This document shows positions 62,453 through 64,000 of a DNA stretch of 64,000 nucleotides, piece by piece. Origin of the DNA: Variibacter sp. (GTDB lineage Bacteria > Pseudomonadota > Alphaproteobacteria > Rhizobiales > Xanthobacteraceae); contig JBFWXB010000020.1 in assembly GCA_050187875.1 (NCBI GenBank), positions 9,872-73,871 of the forward strand. The letters run 5' to 3'. A program made the translations under genes and the position numbers. The notes under the pieces are model-generated. The model was not told where the DNA came from. It saw nothing but the letters and a program-made list of their open reading frames with translations, and ran no database searches. Position 1 is the first letter of the stretch, and each line of letters begins with the position of its first letter.

Positions 62453-63403
62453 ATGACGATGACCAGAAGCGCGGCGCCGCGGGTGATGGGCGGACGCGAA
62501 TGGACCTTGCTGCTGGTCCTGGCGCTGCTCTGGGGCGGCTCGTTCTTCTTCAACGGCGTCGCGGTGCGCGAATTGCCGTCCTTCACGCTCGTTTGGCTGC
62601 GCGTCGTTGTCGCTGCGCTGACGCTTCTTCTGACGCTGCGTGTGCTCGGCCGGCGCATGCCGCGCGGACGCCAGATCTGGGTCGCGTTGTTCGGCATGGG
62701 GCTTCTCAACAACGTGCTGCCGTTCTTCCTGATCGCGTGGGGGCAGCACGCCATCGCCAGCGGCCTCGCTTCCATCCTCAATGCGACGACGCCGCTCTTC
62801 ACCGTGCTCGTCGCGCACCTCCTCACGCCGGACGAGAAGCTCACCGCGCTGAAAGGGGCCGGCGTTGCGATCGGCCTTGTCGGCGTGACGGTGATGATCG
62901 GGCCCGACGCCCTGGGCGGCCTCGGCACCGACACGCTCGCGCAACTCGCCTGCCTCGGCGGTGCGCTGATCTATGCTTTCGCCGGCATCTATGGCCGGCG
63001 CTTCCAGCGCATGGGCGTGCCGCCGCTCGCGACGGCGGCGGGCCAAGTCGTCGCTTCGAGCGTGATGCTCTTTCCGCTCATGCTCCTCGTCGACAGGCCC
63101 TGGGCCTTGGCGCCGCCGCACATGGCGACATGGGCGGCCGTGGTCGGCGTCGGCGTTCTCTCGACGGCGCTCGCTTATGTCCTCTACTTCCGCATCCTCG
63201 CGGTCGCCGGCGCGACGAACCTTCTTCTCGTGACGTTCCTCATCCCGGTCAGCGCGATCCTGCTCGGCGCCCTCGTGCTCGGCGAGGTGCTGCTGCCGCG
63301 GCAATTCCTCGGCATGGCCTTGATCGGCGCCGGGCTCGTCGCGATTGACGGGCGCATGCCGCGGATGATCGCGCGCGCTCGCCTGGGCAAGGCCGCAAGC
63401 TGA
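62453..63403 (+). CDS. DMT superfamily transporter (EamA family)
   Basis: ORF 62423-63403 trimmed to ATG 62453 (AGGA upstream); ATG 62444 is also possible. 10-TM pattern with a duplicated EamA organisation (LLWGGSFFFNGVAV). Confidence 0.8.
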   Translation: MTMTRSAAPRVMGGREWTLLLVLALLWGGSFFFNGVAVRELPSFTLVWLRVVVAALTLLLTLRVLGRRMPRGRQIWVALFGMGLLNNVLPFFLIAWGQHAIASGLASILNATTPLFTVLVAHLLTPDEKLTALKGAGVAIGLVGVTVMIGPDALGGLGTDTLAQLACLGGALIYAFAGIYGRRFQRMGVPPLATAAGQVVASSVMLFPLMLLVDRPWALAPPHMATWAAVVGVGVLSTALAYVLYFRILAVAGATNLLLVTFLIPVSAILLGALVLGEVLLPRQFLGMALIGAGLVAIDGRMPRMIARARLGKAAS

Positions 63404-63407
63404 GCGA

Positions 63408-63911
63408 TTATCCCTTGGCGGAAAAGATAATGCAGGTCGTCGTTGCGTGCGCGTAGAGCGTGCCGGCGGCGTCGCGCAGATGCGCTTCCGCCGTTGCGAC
63501 GCTGCGGCCGCGATGGATCACTTTCGCTTCCGAGCGCATCGCGCCCGTCTCGGCCATGATGGCGCGCACCATGTTCACCTTGATCTCGAGCGTCGTGTAG
63601 GCCTCGCCTTTCTTGAGCGTCGAATGCACGGCGCAGCCGAGCGCGGAATCGAGAAGTGTCGACGACCAGCCGCCATGCACGACGCCGATCGGATTGTAAT
63701 AGTCAAAGCTCGCAGCGCTCTCGAAAACGGCGCGCCCATTCTCGACTTCGGTGAGCGCGAAACCCATGGTGCGCGTGATCGGCGGCGCGGGATGCCGGCC
63801 GGCGATCATGCCCTGCAGGAAGCTCATGCCGTCTTCGGCAAGAAGCGTGTCGCGGGTAACGACGCCGATCGATCTGCCTTCGCTCACGCGCTCCTCCTTC
63901 CCAACCGTCAT
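63408..63911 (-). CDS. PaaI-family hotdog-fold thioesterase
   Basis: 167 aa. NPIGVVHGGWSSTLLDSALGCAV matches the PaaI/4HBT-type HGG motif. Confidence 0.8.
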   Translation of the reverse strand: MTVGKEERVSEGRSIGVVTRDTLLAEDGMSFLQGMIAGRHPAPPITRTMGFALTEVENGRAVFESAASFDYYNPIGVVHGGWSSTLLDSALGCAVHSTLKKGEAYTTLEIKVNMVRAIMAETGAMRSEAKVIHRGRSVATAEAHLRDAAGTLYAHATTTCIIFSAKG

Positions 63912-64000
63912 CCTGAGGTGCTCGCCGAAGGCGAGCCTCGAAGGATGGCCGTATATTCCGGGCCGTCGTCCTTCGAGGCTCGGCGCTAACGCGCCTCGCA
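63912..64000. repeat. GC-rich REP-type element with nested inverted repeats, truncated by the window edge
   Basis: CCTCGAAGGA (63936-63945) / TCCTTCGAGG (63969-63978), plus the GAGGTGCTCGCC-GAA-GGCGAGCCTC hairpin. This is a different family from the 8742/62266 elements. Confidence 0.5.

Noticed and set aside
61900-63348. 482-aa plus-strand ORF, and the 61722-62243 minus-strand ORF as an intact gene
   Set aside because: The first is an off-frame read through non-coding DNA and the EamA gene. The second contains only two short IS110 motifs in different frames, so it is called a remnant rather than a gene.
1-64000. CRISPR arrays, restriction-modification, toxin-antitoxin, retron/CBASS-type or other defence systems, prophage genes
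   Set aside because: I scanned both strands of the ORF track and the intergenic repeats. The repeats are isolated REP hairpins, not regularly spaced arrays. No nuclease, methylase, reverse transcriptase, STAND NTPase or phage structural motifs were recognised.

Overview
High-GC, densely coding chromosomal segment that looks alphaproteobacterial (Hyphomicrobiales/Rhizobiales-like). That placement is an inference from the protein families and the REP-type intergenic hairpins, not a database result. About 55 protein genes can be supported.

1-29.2 kb is a transport and catabolism archipelago:
- a peptide-type ABC importer with a class IV aminotransferase, a threonine-synthase-like PLP enzyme and a DadA-like flavoprotein;
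- a polar-amino-acid/opine-type ABC importer with an embedded argininosuccinate-lyase paralog and an FAD oxidoreductase;
- a PotF-type ABC importer with RidA, a non-canonical M24 hydrolase and another DadA-like flavoprotein;
- two MFS transporters, an orphan 2Fe-2S subunit and a hyuB-hyuA hydantoinase/oxoprolinase pair.

A tRNA-Asn-like gene with two structural anomalies sits at 29.2 kb. Next come a CelD-like acyltransferase/FAD enzyme/flippase trio, an MsrQ-like membrane protein, modABC, a second ThrC-like gene, an Lrp/AsnC regulator and cysJ-cysI-cysG.

44.2-61.9 kb is a Wzx/Wzy-type exopolysaccharide locus whose enzyme families resemble the xanthan (gum) pathway. It includes a fused GT4+GT26 glycosyltransferase. 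It has no GumI-type enzyme, two methyltransferases and long AT-richer control regions that share sequence motifs.

The right end holds IS110 transposase debris among REP hairpins, an EamA transporter and a PaaI thioesterase.

I found no rRNA, CRISPR array, prophage, toxin-antitoxin pair, intact mobile element or recognisable defence system. The best candidates for something new are the reduced gum-like EPS locus with its fusion enzyme and uncharacterised accessory proteins, and the substrate-unknown catabolic operons. None is demonstrably undescribed from sequence alone. Many long ORFs in the supplied track are antisense or frame-shifted shadows typical of high-GC DNA.
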